This document shows, in pieces, positions 25,418-38,261 of a stretch of DNA of 64,000 nucleotides. The DNA is from Malacoraja senta (taxonomy: Eukaryota). The stretch's first letter is position 1, and each line of letters starts with the position of its first letter. A program made the translations under genes and the position numbers. The notes beneath the pieces were generated by a model that worked only from the letters and a program-made list of their open reading frames with translations, made no database searches and was not told where the DNA came from. The stretch is taken from assembly GCA_038087875.1 (NCBI GenBank), contig CM075978.1, positions 181,536,001 to 181,600,000 of the forward strand, in the 5' to 3' direction.

Positions 25418-26075
25418 CAAGTTCAAGTTCGCGTTTGTCATTTAACCAATTAAAGTACAGTGAAATTTGAGTTACCATACAGCCATACTAAGTGAAAAGC
25501 AACAATACACACAGCCACATAAAATAAAGTTTAACATAAACATCCACCACAATGGAATCAACTTTCCTCACTGTGGTGGAAGGCAATAAAGTTCAGTCAT
25601 CTTCCTCCTTTGTTCACCCATGATCGGGGCCGAACCCTCCGCACTTGCCACTGCCGACGGTCCGATGTTCAAACCCTCGCGTCGGGATGATCGAAACTCC
25701 AGCGTCGGGACGGATCAGAACACTCTGCATGGAGCATGGAGCTCCCGAGTCGGCTTCTTCTAACCGGAGACTGTGGCTTCACAGAGTTAAAGTCCACAGG
25801 CCCCACGGTCGGAGCACTTTCGCTGGCGTTCCTTGGCAAAGGAACGCCCACTCCGCGGTCTCCAGGAAGGGCCACACCACTCCACGTTGTAGGCCGCAGG
25901 GGAGACGGAGATACGACAGGTAAGTGACTGAAAAAAGTTTCCCCCAATAACCCCCCCTCCCCACAAAACATACAAAGAATCTTTAAAACATACATTTAAG
26001 ACATAGTTAAAATAATAAAAACAGAGAAAAACAGACTGTTGGCAAGGCGGCCATTACGGGCGCCACCCGGTGGTA
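25418..26075 (-). mobile_element. Related non-autonomous element with (TTGAAC)n tail and CCACCGGGTGG head
   Basis: Tail aagttcaagttc at 25419; head at ~26060-26075 matches ~16085-16100. Confidence 0.65.
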
Positions 26076-26546
26076 GCCACTACTTACCTTCTGAATTTCA
26101 GCATAGGCAGTTTTGTTTTCTTCTGGATATTTTTAGATAATGGAAGATGCCTGCAATATTATCCTCTCCTACTTTCCTGAGAAGAAATCAAATTTGTAAA
26201 TGAGGCAGAAACCTCTCATGTGCTGCTTTAACAAATGACCCTTGTGCTTCTGTGCTCTTTGCTGTCAGCTAATGATTACAAAGCTGTCAAGTTTTTAACT
26301 GCGATGGAGAGGTTTAAAATGGAATTCTAAAGCAAGTACTGTGTAGCAAGCAGTTACTCACTTGGCCAATGCCGATTTTGATGTTGATGCCAGCTGGCAA
26401 AATTAGGCTTATTGGTGAGAAATATGACTATTTTGGACAATTGATTTCCAATTCTGTAGAAGATGGTGAACTTTATGGAGGATTTAAACCCTTCCAGTCA
26501 GAACACACCAATTGAAAATGGGGAATCCTATATAGAATCTATTACA

Positions 26547-27326
26547 TCTATCTTCTATCTATACTATTACTAAAACTCTCATCTTGTCCTCTTTCGGTTT
26601 GTGTTTTTTTTTTAATTTGCGCAAAATTGGTACACTATATCACTAGGATTTTTTCGCCACCTTACTCACCGTTCTCTTCTGCTTCAAGTGCACCAAGTTT
26701 TGTTCCGATCGGTGGAAGATTACAAAAGTTATGGTTTAAAAAATCGTGATATTAGCAGATTGGTCTTCTCGCTTGTCAGTCACCATGAAGGTAATGCCTC
26801 TTCTGGCACCCGCTGTTAATCACCAGGCGGGGCGAGGAGAATAAAGCCCTGTAGGTGGGGCTGAGTCCGTGAGCCATGCTGATTGAGTCCACGAGCCGAG
26901 CGGAGAACGACCAGCGAAGCGGCCAGTGAAGCGCCCAGCGCCCGCTGTGAGTCCCCATCGCACCACCAACCCCTTCCCCTCTGATCCCCCCGCTGGCTCC
27001 TGCCCCCCTCCCCCGTAATACCGCACTCTCCCAATTGGCTCTTCCCCGTCTTTTCTCCGAGCTCTCTCCCCCCCTGCCCACACACCCCAACCCACCCCCC
27101 CCACATACACCCCTCCCTCCCACACACCCCTCCCTTCCACACACCCCTCACAACCCTCCCCCTGCTCACACACACCCCGAGCACTCTTCCCCCCTGCGTC
27201 TTTACTGCAGCTTCAGGAGACTCTGGGTGGCCTGATCAAGCCACCCCTCCCCCACACACCCCCTCCCCCACACCCTCCTCCCCCATTCCTCCTCCTCCCC
27301 ACCCACCCTACCCCCTCCCAAACTAG
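26547..27326 (+). mobile_element. Non-autonomous Helitron-like element (copy B)
   Basis: 5' TCTATATACTATTACTAAAACTCTCATCTTG; 3' CTAG|T at 27323-27326; C-rich middle shared with copy E. Confidence 0.65.
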
Positions 27327-27628
27327 TTTAGTTTACAGATACAGCGAGGAAACAGGCCCTTCGGCCCACCGAGTCCGCACCGACCAGCGATCCCCACACA
27401 TTAACACTACCCTACACACATTAGGGACCATTTTACATGTATACATTTATACCAAGCCAAATAACCTACGTCTTCGTCTTTGGAGTGTGGGAGGAAACCA
27501 AAGATCTCAGCGAAAACCCACAGTCATGGGGAGAACATACAAACTCTGTACAGATAAGCCACCCATTGTTCGAATTGAACCCGGGTTTCTGGCGCTGTAA
27601 GACAGTAGCTCTACCACTACTCCACCGT
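27327..27628 (-). mobile_element. V-SINE-like SINE
   Basis: Reverse complement of the 14365 family. Confidence 0.8.
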
Positions 27629-28194
27629 ACTTCTCAAAATGAAGAATTTTCCCCTAAATTCATTATTGGATTTGTACATCTCAATAGTTTCCTTTGGTCT
27701 TGCCTGCATTATTTTTAAACAGCCACCAAGCTGGAGAGACAGATTCCCCTCTCTTTTATCGGTGATATTCTGAACATTTTGCTACCGAATGAACATGGCA
27801 GAGGGTAAACAAGCGGAGGGAACGTTTAGCACCCCTCTCCCCCCCTCTCCCCCTCTTTTGACCTTAAGCTAACTAGATCTTTAACTCTTTCGGACTGAGC
27901 AACAGGCTAACTATATTGTTAGGTGTTTCAACAGAAACTGTTCATCAGTGAACCATGAGGTGTTTCAGTTAATTGAGCTTAATTGACAGAGTTAATGATG
28001 TCCCATTATAGTCAGTGGGAAAACTCTTCAGTGGGTAAATACCTTTCGTATTCATGATTACAATAACATTTCTTTGTCCCTGCCTAACCTCTTTGGGAAT
28101 TATGCTTCCTTTTTGTTGATGTGTGTTAGCTAATCCCATGCTTTGTTTTAGACCTCTACTTTCTTAGATACTTAGATTCAGCACCTCACCAAAT

Positions 28195-28480
28195 ATTCAA
28201 ACAAATTTCTGGAGGTACATTGTAGCATGTATCCCGACTGGTTGCATAAGGACTGATATGCCAGTTCCAACACAGGAATGTAAGAGGCAGTGGAGAGTGG
28301 TGGACTCAGCTCTTCCCACAAAAAAGGCAGCATCTACCATCAATCCCCACCATCCGGGTAAGGTCCTCTTCTCGCTACAATAGTCAGCAGGAGGGACACA
28401 AGCCTAAAGTTCCACACCATCAGGTTTAGAAACATCTACTTTCCTACTACTATCAGGCTTTTTAACTGACCTGAATAACC
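28195..28480 (+). mobile_element. Degraded Rex1 3' fragment
   Basis: Similar to 3245-3560. Confidence 0.55.
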
Positions 28481-29097
28481 ATAACCCTAGTGGCCATTAT
28501 CTAAGGGTTTGACTAAATTGGGCATTTAGTTGTTTCTGAGTACTGGAGGCAATAATAGGATTGGTTATTGACTGTGGATTGGATGTGGGATCTGGCAAGA
28601 TTAGGGACAGGGAATTGTTATATCTTGATGCAGAGTCTCAATTTGCAGCCTGACATGCTGAGTCCCTCCAGCAGTTTTTTTAATTCTCCAGATTCCAGCA
28701 TCTGCAGTCTCTTGTGTCTCAACTGTGACATCTTGATTGGGCAATGATACTAGGACATGTTTATTATGCTTAATGGAAAGGAAAACAAGTTGTGGACTAA
28801 AACAGACAGCTATTTTGTAATTGCTTTCTTCCTGCCCAGCAATGAATTTGTAAATTAGCCTCCGGTTCTCCTTTGGATACTCTAGGGTTATGCACTTATT
28901 ACTTCTGAGCATGTCCTGTTTACTCACATCCATTTAAACCAACATGTATGAGTAAAAGAAAATTATTTCCAGTATGGGAAATTGTTGCCTTAACTAGAAG
29001 AATAAGTCATGGATTTAAGAAGAGGAACCTATTTTTTGGATGGAAAAGCCAGAGTTGGGTGTGATATGTCCTGTTTCAGGGTTTCAACCGGAAACAT

Positions 29098-29436
29098 TAA
29101 TAATAATAATAATGGATGGGATTTATATAGCGCCTTTCTAATATTCAAGGCGCTTTACATCGCATTATTCATTCACTCCTCAGTCACACTCGGTGGTGGT
29201 GAGCTACTTCTGTAGCCACAGCTGCCCTGGGGCAGACTGACGGAACGTGGCTGCTAATCTGCGCCTACGGCCCCTCCGACCACCACCAATCACTCACACA
29301 CATTCACACGCAGGCATAGGTGGGTGAAGTGTCTTGCCCAAGGACACAACGACAGTATGCACTCCAAGCGGGATTCGAACCGGCTACCTTCCGGTTGCCA
29401 GCCGAACACTTAGCCCATTGCGTCATCTGTCGTCCC
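29098..29436 (-). mobile_element. Young tRNA-derived SINE with (ATT)n tail
   Basis: rc head has A-box TGACGCAATGG and B-box GGTTCGAATCC; AACATT duplicated on both flanks. Confidence 0.85.
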
Positions 29437-31333
29437 TAACATTGACCATCTCTTTGTCTCCCCCGATGCTAATAGACCCGCTGCATTCTTCCAGCAGTTT
29501 ATTTTTTGCTCCGTATTCTAGCAGCTGCAGGCTCTTGAGTCACCAGGCCTTGATCTACACTGATGTGTACCAGGCACGGCAAGGCCTGGCTCACACACCA
29601 GGGAACCGGGAACAGGCCTGAAGTGGAAGCCTCATCCGAGGCTTGTCTCCTGCTCGACTCCAAAGGCAGGGGAACTGGTAAGGATGGTAGAGGGAGTTGG
29701 CAGCGGACGCTGGACAAAGGCCTGATGTCAAGATGGTGGCAGACGGAGAAGAGGATCGGGAAGTGAGCTGAGGGCTCACCTCCTGCGCTCTTGGAGGCAC
29801 AAAAGGATCTATTGGTGTAATCTGTTGTTCTCCAACATCCAGACTGTAGTCTGGTCCACAATTGCTTATTATCCCTCACCAATGCCCACCTTACGTCAAC
29901 TGTCTCTTTTGGCTGCTTTCTGTTTTTCTCTCTTGTTTCTCAGTGTCACAGCCAGCTGCAATGCCCTCCCCTAATATCCCTTCAACTGAATAGCCTTCTG
30001 TTATAAAATGCCACTTTAAGACATTTAAGAGTCAACCATATTGCAAATGGATCCAGGGTTACAACTAGATCAGAGCAGGCAAAGGAGTAACTATACACAG
30101 ATTGAGCATTCCCTCAAGACAATTAGTGACCGGATGGGTTTTAATGACAGCCTGGTGGTTTTATGATCATTATTAATAGTATTAGTTGATTATTCCAAAT
30201 TATTTAAGTAACTATATTGTATTAGTGCCCTCTGACATCCTGCCCGTCCATACCATTTCTGTTGCTTATTCCTGAAGTTTGCAATTTGCAGCCCATACTT
30301 TTTAATTCCTATTTTGAGTTTGGGCGATCTTTCCCTCTCGTTTCCCTTTCTCCTGACTTTGTCTGAAGAAGGGTCTCGACCCGAAACATCACTTATTCCT
30401 TTTCTCCAGAGGTGCTGTCTGACCCGGTGAGTTACTCCAGCTTTTTGTGTCGTGCTTCTGTTTTGTTCTCAAGCAAGTATGTCTATTATGGTCCTCCCTT
30501 GAGTTTATATTAAGTTTAAAGCAGTTATTTGATTTTACATTTCACATTTACAGTCTATTTTTATTTTGTGATGAATCTTGGCAATGCACATAATTAAAGA
30601 GTAATTGATACATGCTGGCAACAGGTGAAAGTGGTTAAGATAATATTTTGGTGAACACTTTGGAGTTGGTCATATCTTTTGCATTTTAGCTGGAAGCTCT
30701 TAAAATACATGTTGTTGGAAATGTTGCAGAATAGTGGTAAATATTCATGGATTAACTTGACGGAAAACAGTGCAAAACGAAGCAAAAAATGCTCCAGCAC
30801 AATAAAGACAGCAACATTTCTCCCCAAGACATGGACAAAGTTTCTATGAACTTTAACTTACTTAGACAGGTTTGGCCAAAAAGGGATATAACTTAGTACT
30901 ATCTGTGTTGGTGAGGTTTTCTGAGAATTACTAGCTGCAAGCAACCATTCTGTACAAAAGGTCTAATTTTAATAGGAGATGGCAGGATGCTGGCAAATGG
31001 TGGGATCAATAGAGAAGCGTTGCAAAAAACAGCTGGGGATTGTGACTTTTGTGCAATTATGCCTACAGAAATAGGCAGAAACAGACTGGAATGTGTTATT
31101 ACACACTACAGGGTAGAAGAAAGATTGTTTTGAGAACTAATCTGAATTTATGGAAATCAGATTAAGTATATCATGTGGCAGAAAGCTTGGAGGTTCAATT
31201 TAAGGTAATTTTTTGTGTCCACAGGACAGAACGTGGGTACGATACATTAACTCGGAGAGATATCAGAGGATGACAGAAAAAAACCTGTAAACTAAAAAAT
31301 ACCAAGGATATCAGAGGGGAACAGGAGAGAATT

Positions 31334-31463
31334 GTCTGAAGAAGGGTCTCGACCCGAAACGTCACCCATTCCTTCGCTCCAGAGATGCTGCCTGTCCCGC
31401 TGAGTTACTCCAGCATTTTGTGTCTACCTTCAATTTAAACCAGTATCTGCAGTTCTTTCCTAC
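31334..31463 (+). mobile_element. 130-bp Penelope-terminus insertion with a minimal hammerhead motif
   Basis: CTGAAGA-A-GGGT CTCG ACCC-GAAAC-GTC at 31336-31363; TSD ACAGGAG(A/G)GAATT 31321-31333 / 31464-31476. Confidence 0.85.
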
Positions 31464-33246
31464 ACAGGAGGGAATTATTCCCTGTTTATGCTAAAACATG
31501 AGCAATGAGCAGATAAAAAGCAGGCATATGCAAAGAAATGCTATGGAATAGCATAATCTATACATAAGCAGACAGAGTAATTGATGATGAATGAGGAACA
31601 ATGTATTTTGATATCAGTGTGGTTTGGTGCTTTTGGTTTGGATAATGAGGAGTGTGTTTCACCTGGAGTTGCTCTTGAGCCCAATATATTCTAATTCCTT
31701 TTCACTTACAAAGAAAGCAACAACAGATTCTACACTTGCAAAAGTGAAATCACGAATCTATGATTGCAGCTTATGGTGGCTTGCTTTCACGTTAGAGGTC
31801 AGGTACAACTGTTGGTTTATTGAGGTGACTACAGATGCAAGTTGGAGTGAGTTTTGGCTGGCCTGGCTTTATAACCTCTGCTGGGCGATAAGGTACAGTA
31901 TGTTTCAGTTTGGGACATTATAATGATGCAATTATAGAACACCATGTGCTGGTATCAAGTTGGAGCCCCGTGAGTCGATGGAGCCTGGGTCGACAGAGCC
32001 TGCGGCTGGGGCCTGGGTCAGTGCCATGGAGGCGTCAGGAGAGGACCCGGCGGTGAGGTCGGTCAGGCGGTCGATGAGGACGCCAACCGACGAACGAGAA
32101 CGGACCACATGGGAGTGAGGACGCTGCTTGCCAGGGGGAGGAACAAAGGAGGACCCGGCATGGGGGGACTGCCGTGAAGGAGGGGGGAGAACAATGGGGA
32201 CCCGGTGTGCGGGGACAGCTGCGACTCTTGGTTCTGGACTCCAACATCGGGAACATTTTTCATGCATCTAGCCTGTGCAATCCCTTAATAATTTTATATG
32301 TTTCTATAAAATTAGGAATAGGAATACTTTATTGTCACATGTGACGAGGCGCAGTGAAATTCTTTGCTTGCATACCCAATGTATACAAATAGCAGCCACC
32401 AACCGCGCTGACAAAGTTACCAAGCACGCCGGCTCCTCCTTGAGGCATAGACAGAATAGACAACCAGACCCTTTCCCAGGGTGGAAATGTCAAATACTAG
32501 AGGGCGTAGCTTTAAGGTGAAATGAGCAAAGTTTAAAGATATGTGAAATAAGGTTTTTATTGAGGGTGGTGGAGCATGCTGCCAGGGGTGGTGGAGTAAA
32601 TACGATAATGGCATTTAAGAGGCTTCTTGATAGGCACATAGATATACAGGGAATGGAGGGATAGAGATCACAATATTGAGGGTGAGATCAGAAACCTACA
32701 AAACTTTTTTTTTGCTTCAAGTAATCACATATCTTTTTTATTTAAATCACTGATCTATTTTATTTCCCGTTTACAAGTACAATCAGAATTTTCTGTTAAC
32801 AAATGGCAGCTATCGCCCGAACTCACAACCGATACCTCTTCTACATGCTGCTGTTGGGAGGCTAGTCAGTGCCAATAAAGTATTGTTTTCATAGCAACCA
32901 TACAGGTTCAGTAGGAAATGACCGGGACATCACATAATTGACCAGTGACTGCCCAGCCTTAATCAATTCAGGGTTATTTTATACTTTCCAAGGCAAATTG
33001 TGCAAGGTTGCAATATTTAGAGTTGTGCACATTGCATCGAGTCAGTGATGTTTATCATTATTTCCTTGGTGAAAGTATCAGGAAATAAAAATGAACAGTG
33101 CTTATAAAACAATGTCTCTGTGAGGATCATTCAATTTCCAAATGGTACCATGGCATGGTGTATGTTTTGCTATTTGTTTAATTGTGAGTGATTTGATCAT
33201 CCCTGAGACTTTCCACGTGAGATGGTTGTAGAGACATAGATGGTTG

Positions 33247-34934
33247 GAAGACATAAATAATCTGCCGGAAATAGCAGGGGACCGCGGGTCAAAGGAGATG
33301 GAGGAACTGAGTGAAATCCAGGTTAGTCGGGAAGTGGTGTTGGGTAAATTGAATGGATTAAAGGCCGATAAATCACCAGGGCCAGATAGGCTGCATCCCA
33401 GAGTACTTAAGGAAGTAGCCCCAGAAATAGTGGATGCATTAGTGATAATTTTTCAAAACTCCTTAGATTCTGGAGTAGTTCCTGAGGATTGGAGGGTAGC
33501 TAAAGTAACCCCCCTTTTTAAAAAGGGAGGGAGAGAGAAAATAGGAAATTACAGACCAGTTAGTCTAACATCGGTAGTGGGGAAACTGCTAGAGTCAGTT
33601 ATTAAAGATGGGATAGCAGCACATTTGGAAAGTGGTGAAATCATTGGACAAAGTCAGCATGGATTTACGAAAGGTAAATCATGTCTGACGAATCTTATAG
33701 AATTTTTCGAGGATGTAACTAGTAGAGTGGATAGGGAAGAACCAGTGGATGTGTTGTATCTGGACTTTCAGAAGGCTTTCGACAAGATCCCACATAAGAG
33801 ATTAGTATACAAACTTAAAGCACACGGTATTGGGGGTTCAGTATTGATGTGGATAGAGAACTGGCTGGCAAACAGGAAGCAAAGAGTAGGAGTAAACGGG
33901 TCCTTTTCACAATGGCAGGCAGTGACTAGTGGGGTACCGCAAGGCTCAGTGCTGGGACCCCAGCTATATACAATTTATATTAATGAGCTGGATGAGGGAA
34001 TTGAAGGCAACATCTCCAAGTTTGCGGATGACACTAAGCTGGGGGGCAGTGTTAGCTGTGAGGAGGATGCTAGGAGACTGGAAGGTGACTTGGATAGGCT
34101 GGGTGAGTGGGCAAATGTTTGGCAGATGCAGTATAATGTGGATAAATGTGAGGTTATCCACTTTGGTGGCAAAAACAGGAAAGCAGACTATTATCTAAAT
34201 GGTGGCTGATTAGGAAAAGGGGAGATGCAGCGAGACCTGGGTGTCATGGTACACCAGTCATTGAAAGTAGGCATGCAGGTGCAGCAGGCAGTGAAGAAAG
34301 CGAATGGTATGTTAGCTTTCATAGCAAAAGGATTTGAGTATAGGAGCAGGGAGGTTCTACTGCATTTGTACAGGGTCTTGGTGAGACCACACCTGGAGCA
34401 TTGCGTACAGTTTTGGTCTCCAAATCTGAGGAAGGACATTATAGCCATAGAGGGAGTGCAGAGAAGGTTCACCAGACTGATTCCTGGGATGTCAGGACTT
34501 TCATATGAAGAAAGACTGGATAGACTTGGTCTATACTCGCTAGCATTTAGGAGAGGGGATCTTATAGAAACGTACAAAATTCTTATGGGGTTGGACAGGC
34601 TACATGCAGGAAGATTGTTCCCGGTGTTGGGGAAGTCCAGGACAAGGGGTCACAGCTTAAGGATAAGGGGGAAATCCTTTAAGACCGAGATGAGAAAAAA
34701 CTTTTTCACACAGAGAGTGGTGAATCTCTGGAACTCTCTGCCACAGAGGGTAGTTGAGGCCAGTTCATTGGCTATATTTAAGAGGGAGTTCGATGTGGCC
34801 CTTGTGGCTAAAGGGATCAGGGGGTATGGAGAGAGGGCAGGTACGGGATACTGAGTTGGATGATCAGCCATGATCATATTGAATGGCTCGAAGGGCCGAA
34901 TGGCCTACTCCTGCACCTATTTTCTATGTATCTG
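33247..34934 (+). mobile_element. Young 5'-truncated CR1 LINE with nearly intact RT
   Basis: 321-aa and 209-aa ORFs (KSPGPD, YLDFQKAFD, GVPQGSVLGP, KFADD) in the same frame, separated by one TGA at 34207. Confidence 0.96.
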
Positions 34935-36619
34935 TTTGAAGAACAATTCCCATTTGAAAACATCATCTGTCCATTCCCTCCATGGACGCTGGCTGGCCTG
35001 CTGAGTTCCTCCAGCGCTTTGTGCTTTGCTCAAGATCCTTTCATCTGCAGTTTCCTGTGTCTGACTTTCTTTCTTTGTCTACTTTCACCTATCACCCACT
35101 TGCCTATGATAGACATAAAATCTGAAGTAACTCAGCGGGTCAGGCAGCATCTCTGGAGAAAATGAATAGTTGATGTTTTGGGTCAGGATCCTTCTTCAGA
35201 CCCAAAACGTCACCTATCCATTATCTCCGGGGATGCTGGCAGACCCGCTGAGTTTCAAGCATTCCAACATTTTGTGTGTATCTTTGGTATAAATCAGCAT
35301 CTGCGGTTCCCACCTGCCTGTGTCTGCCAACTCCATTCCACTCCTTTCACCCACCTAGATCCATCTTTCCATTGTCCTCTACCCCTCTTGGTCCACCTAT
35401 CACCTACTCATCCCGTTTCACCCCTCCCGCTCTCCTTCTCCTCATGATACTGGCTATCCCCCCTCTCCATTATCAGTCCTGAGGCAGAGTCTTAACCCAA
35501 ATGTCGAAAGTTTCTACCCCCACCCCCCCAACCAACCCACCCACTCAGTTCCTATAACGTTTTCTGTGCCCTAGATCTGCAATTCCAACATTGGCAGTCC
35601 TTGTATCTCAAGATCACCAGATGTGTTTATAAAGAGTGCAGGGTAAAACTGATCATTTAGCATCGAATTGTTTGAAATACTATGGTTGGACATTCATTTA
35701 CTTGTTGATCTGGCCTGTGAATGAGAGGTTCAGAGTGCAGGATCGACGTGGGAGCTTGTAGGCTTGAAGTGAATGTTAGCGGGCATTACTTTTTTTGGCA
35801 TTTAGGATTTTCTGTTTTTTTCCCCTTATCTTGCCAGCATAAATCTAGCCTGTGAGGCGTGTCCCACCCATCTTACCCTTAACAACTCATTGCACAGACC
35901 GAAGAAGTTGAATGTGCTGATAACTGACCCCATTATGGCATTTCGACTCATCATGGACACTCCCTCAGTTCCATACACGCTTCCCCCACTTCTATCTAAA
36001 ACAAACACGAAACTCACTATTTCCCAGTTATGACCAAAGTTGAGTGTTTCTCATTCCACAGAAACTACCTGGCCTGTTGAGTTTTACCAGCATTTTCTGT
36101 TTTTGTTTCTTGTGTTTTCTTTAAGCAGTGCAATTGCCAATATAGAGTTGAAGATGTTGGCCTTTGTTTGAAAATTTTAATTTACCATGAAAGCAGCTCT
36201 TGACTAATAAAATTAGGCCAATTTAAGGAACTGTGAGCATGATACTTTTTATCCACAAAATGAATATACATTAAGGAAGAGCTGGAGAATGTTTCAAATA
36301 TATAATTTCTTCAAAGTTGTCTGATAATTGGGAATAGAAAGGTGGTGAAGCAGAAGCATAATATATTGGAAGCATATTGTGAAGGTTGGGGTAAAAGATA
36401 ACAGGGCTCTGGTTGGGTACGAATCCAACAGTTGTGAAGAAAACACTGGTTGGGTACGAATCCAACACTTGTGAAGAACGAGAATTATTAGAGATATAAA
36501 AATGCATTGCAAAGGAAAAACAAATTATTTCCATTTAATTTTCACTTACAGAAAGCCAATCGGATTAGCAAAAATAGTTTTGTGTAGGAGTTCTTAGAAA
36601 GTATTTGGGATAGTCTCCT

Positions 36620-36945
36620 GAAGTTGAGTTGAGTTTAGTTTATTGTCACGAGTTTCCGAGGTACAGTGAAAAGCTTTTGTTGCGTGCTAACCAGTCAACG
36701 AAAAGACAATACTTGATTACAATCGAGCCATTCGCAGTGTTCGGTTACATGATAAAGGGAATAATGTGAATGATGTTTGGTGCAAGATAAAGCCAGTAAA
36801 GTCCGATCAAAGCATAGTTAAAGTAAGAAATTTTGCGGTAGGAGTAGATATTTAAAAGTGTGGAGCGATTATAACTTGTGATCGCAAATGCACTTCTGTG
36901 ATTAGCACATAAATAGTCGACTGGGTTGGGCGCCATCTTGGAAGT
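36620..36945 (-). mobile_element. Short bipartite non-autonomous element (CAAGATGGCGCC head, Rex1-type tail)
   Basis: rc head CTTCCAAGATGGCGCC at ~36930-36945; tail GTGACAATAAACTAAACTCAACTCAAC. Confidence 0.55.
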
Positions 36946-37972
36946 AACACATATTTGAATCAAATATGGAACAAGCTACCTAATGTGTCATGAGACAGTG
37001 TGAGTTAGCAATATCATATTAAACGATCCTCAAGGGAGAAGATAAGTTTATATTCTGTTCAAGACGAACCCACTATCATCAGAAACTAGAGCTCTTAACT
37101 TAAACAACGGCGATTACAAAGATGTGACAGAGAATTAGCCAATGTAGATTGAGAAATGAAAGTTAAAAAACCTCAATAGCTAAAGATTTTGTTGCAACAA
37201 TCAGTAATATGTTCCATTTAGAAATAAAAACTACATGAAAAGTCAAACATCCATGATTAACCAAATAAATTAAAGCTAATATTGGATTAAAACAAAACAT
37301 GTTAAATGTCCGCCAAGCTTCACAGCCGCGTATCTGTGGCTTCTTAAAATTGTCTCCACTCCTTCTCTTTTAAAGGACTTACCGTATACTGTGCTTGAGC
37401 CGTCTTTTTACAGTGCCAACGCAGTGTGTGTGTGTATCACCTTGGCTTTGCATCGTGTGAATTTTTTAGACAGGGCAAGTGGGGTGAGCGCTTCGACCCG
37501 AAACGTCACCAACTCCTTTTCTCCATAGATGCTGCCTCACCCGCTGAGTTTCTCCAGCATTTTTTGTCTACTTTCGATTTTTACAGCATCTGCAGTTCCT
37601 TCTTAAACAAAATGTCTCTAAACAATAATCAGCTTATCAGGGAACCTCCTTGCCTAAGGTCATCTGTTGCCAGCCCTGATTTATCCTGCTTTTATTAGTT
37701 TCCAGTTTATTTCCCGCTCTCTCTACTACAATTAGGCTCAAGAGGGATCTCGATCCAAAATGTCACTTATGTATTTTCTCCAGAGATGCTGTCTGATCCG
37801 CTGAGTTACTCCAGCAATTTGTGTCTATCTTAGGTTTCTTAGGTGTGGAGGCATGAACAATGTATTGGGGGAATAAACAAATGGGAAAGGCATGAAACAA
37901 ATATTTTTATCTTAACTGTACAATAAAAATGCCAGAAACAGAGGGGAACCAAAACTTAAAACACAATAAAGA

Positions 37973-38261
37973 GTTTTAGTTTTTCGTTTTAGAGATACCG
38001 CTTGGAAGCAGGCCCTTCAGCCCACCGAGTCTGCGCCGACCAGCGACCTGGTTACATTAGTTCTATCCTACACACAAAGGATAATTTACAGAAGCCAATT
38101 AACCTACAGACCTGTACGTCTTTGGAGTGTGGGAGGAAACTGGAGCATTTGGAGAAAACCTAAGCGGTCACAGGGAGACAGACAACACCCGTAGTTAGGA
38201 TTGAACCTGGGTCTCTGGCACTGGAGGGTAGCAACTCTACCGCTGCACCACTGTGCCGCCC
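37973..38261 (-). mobile_element. V-SINE-like SINE inside a degraded CR1 (~37040-39200)
   Basis: rc GGGCGGCACAGTGGTGCAGCGGTAGAG head. Confidence 0.85.

Noticed and set aside
29360-29436. tRNA gene
   Set aside because: A/B boxes belong to a SINE head followed by a body and (ATT)n tail; no clean cloverleaf evident
36409-36478. 37-bp direct duplication (also a ~25-bp one at ~42091-42136)
   Set aside because: Simple two-copy slippage duplications with no further structure
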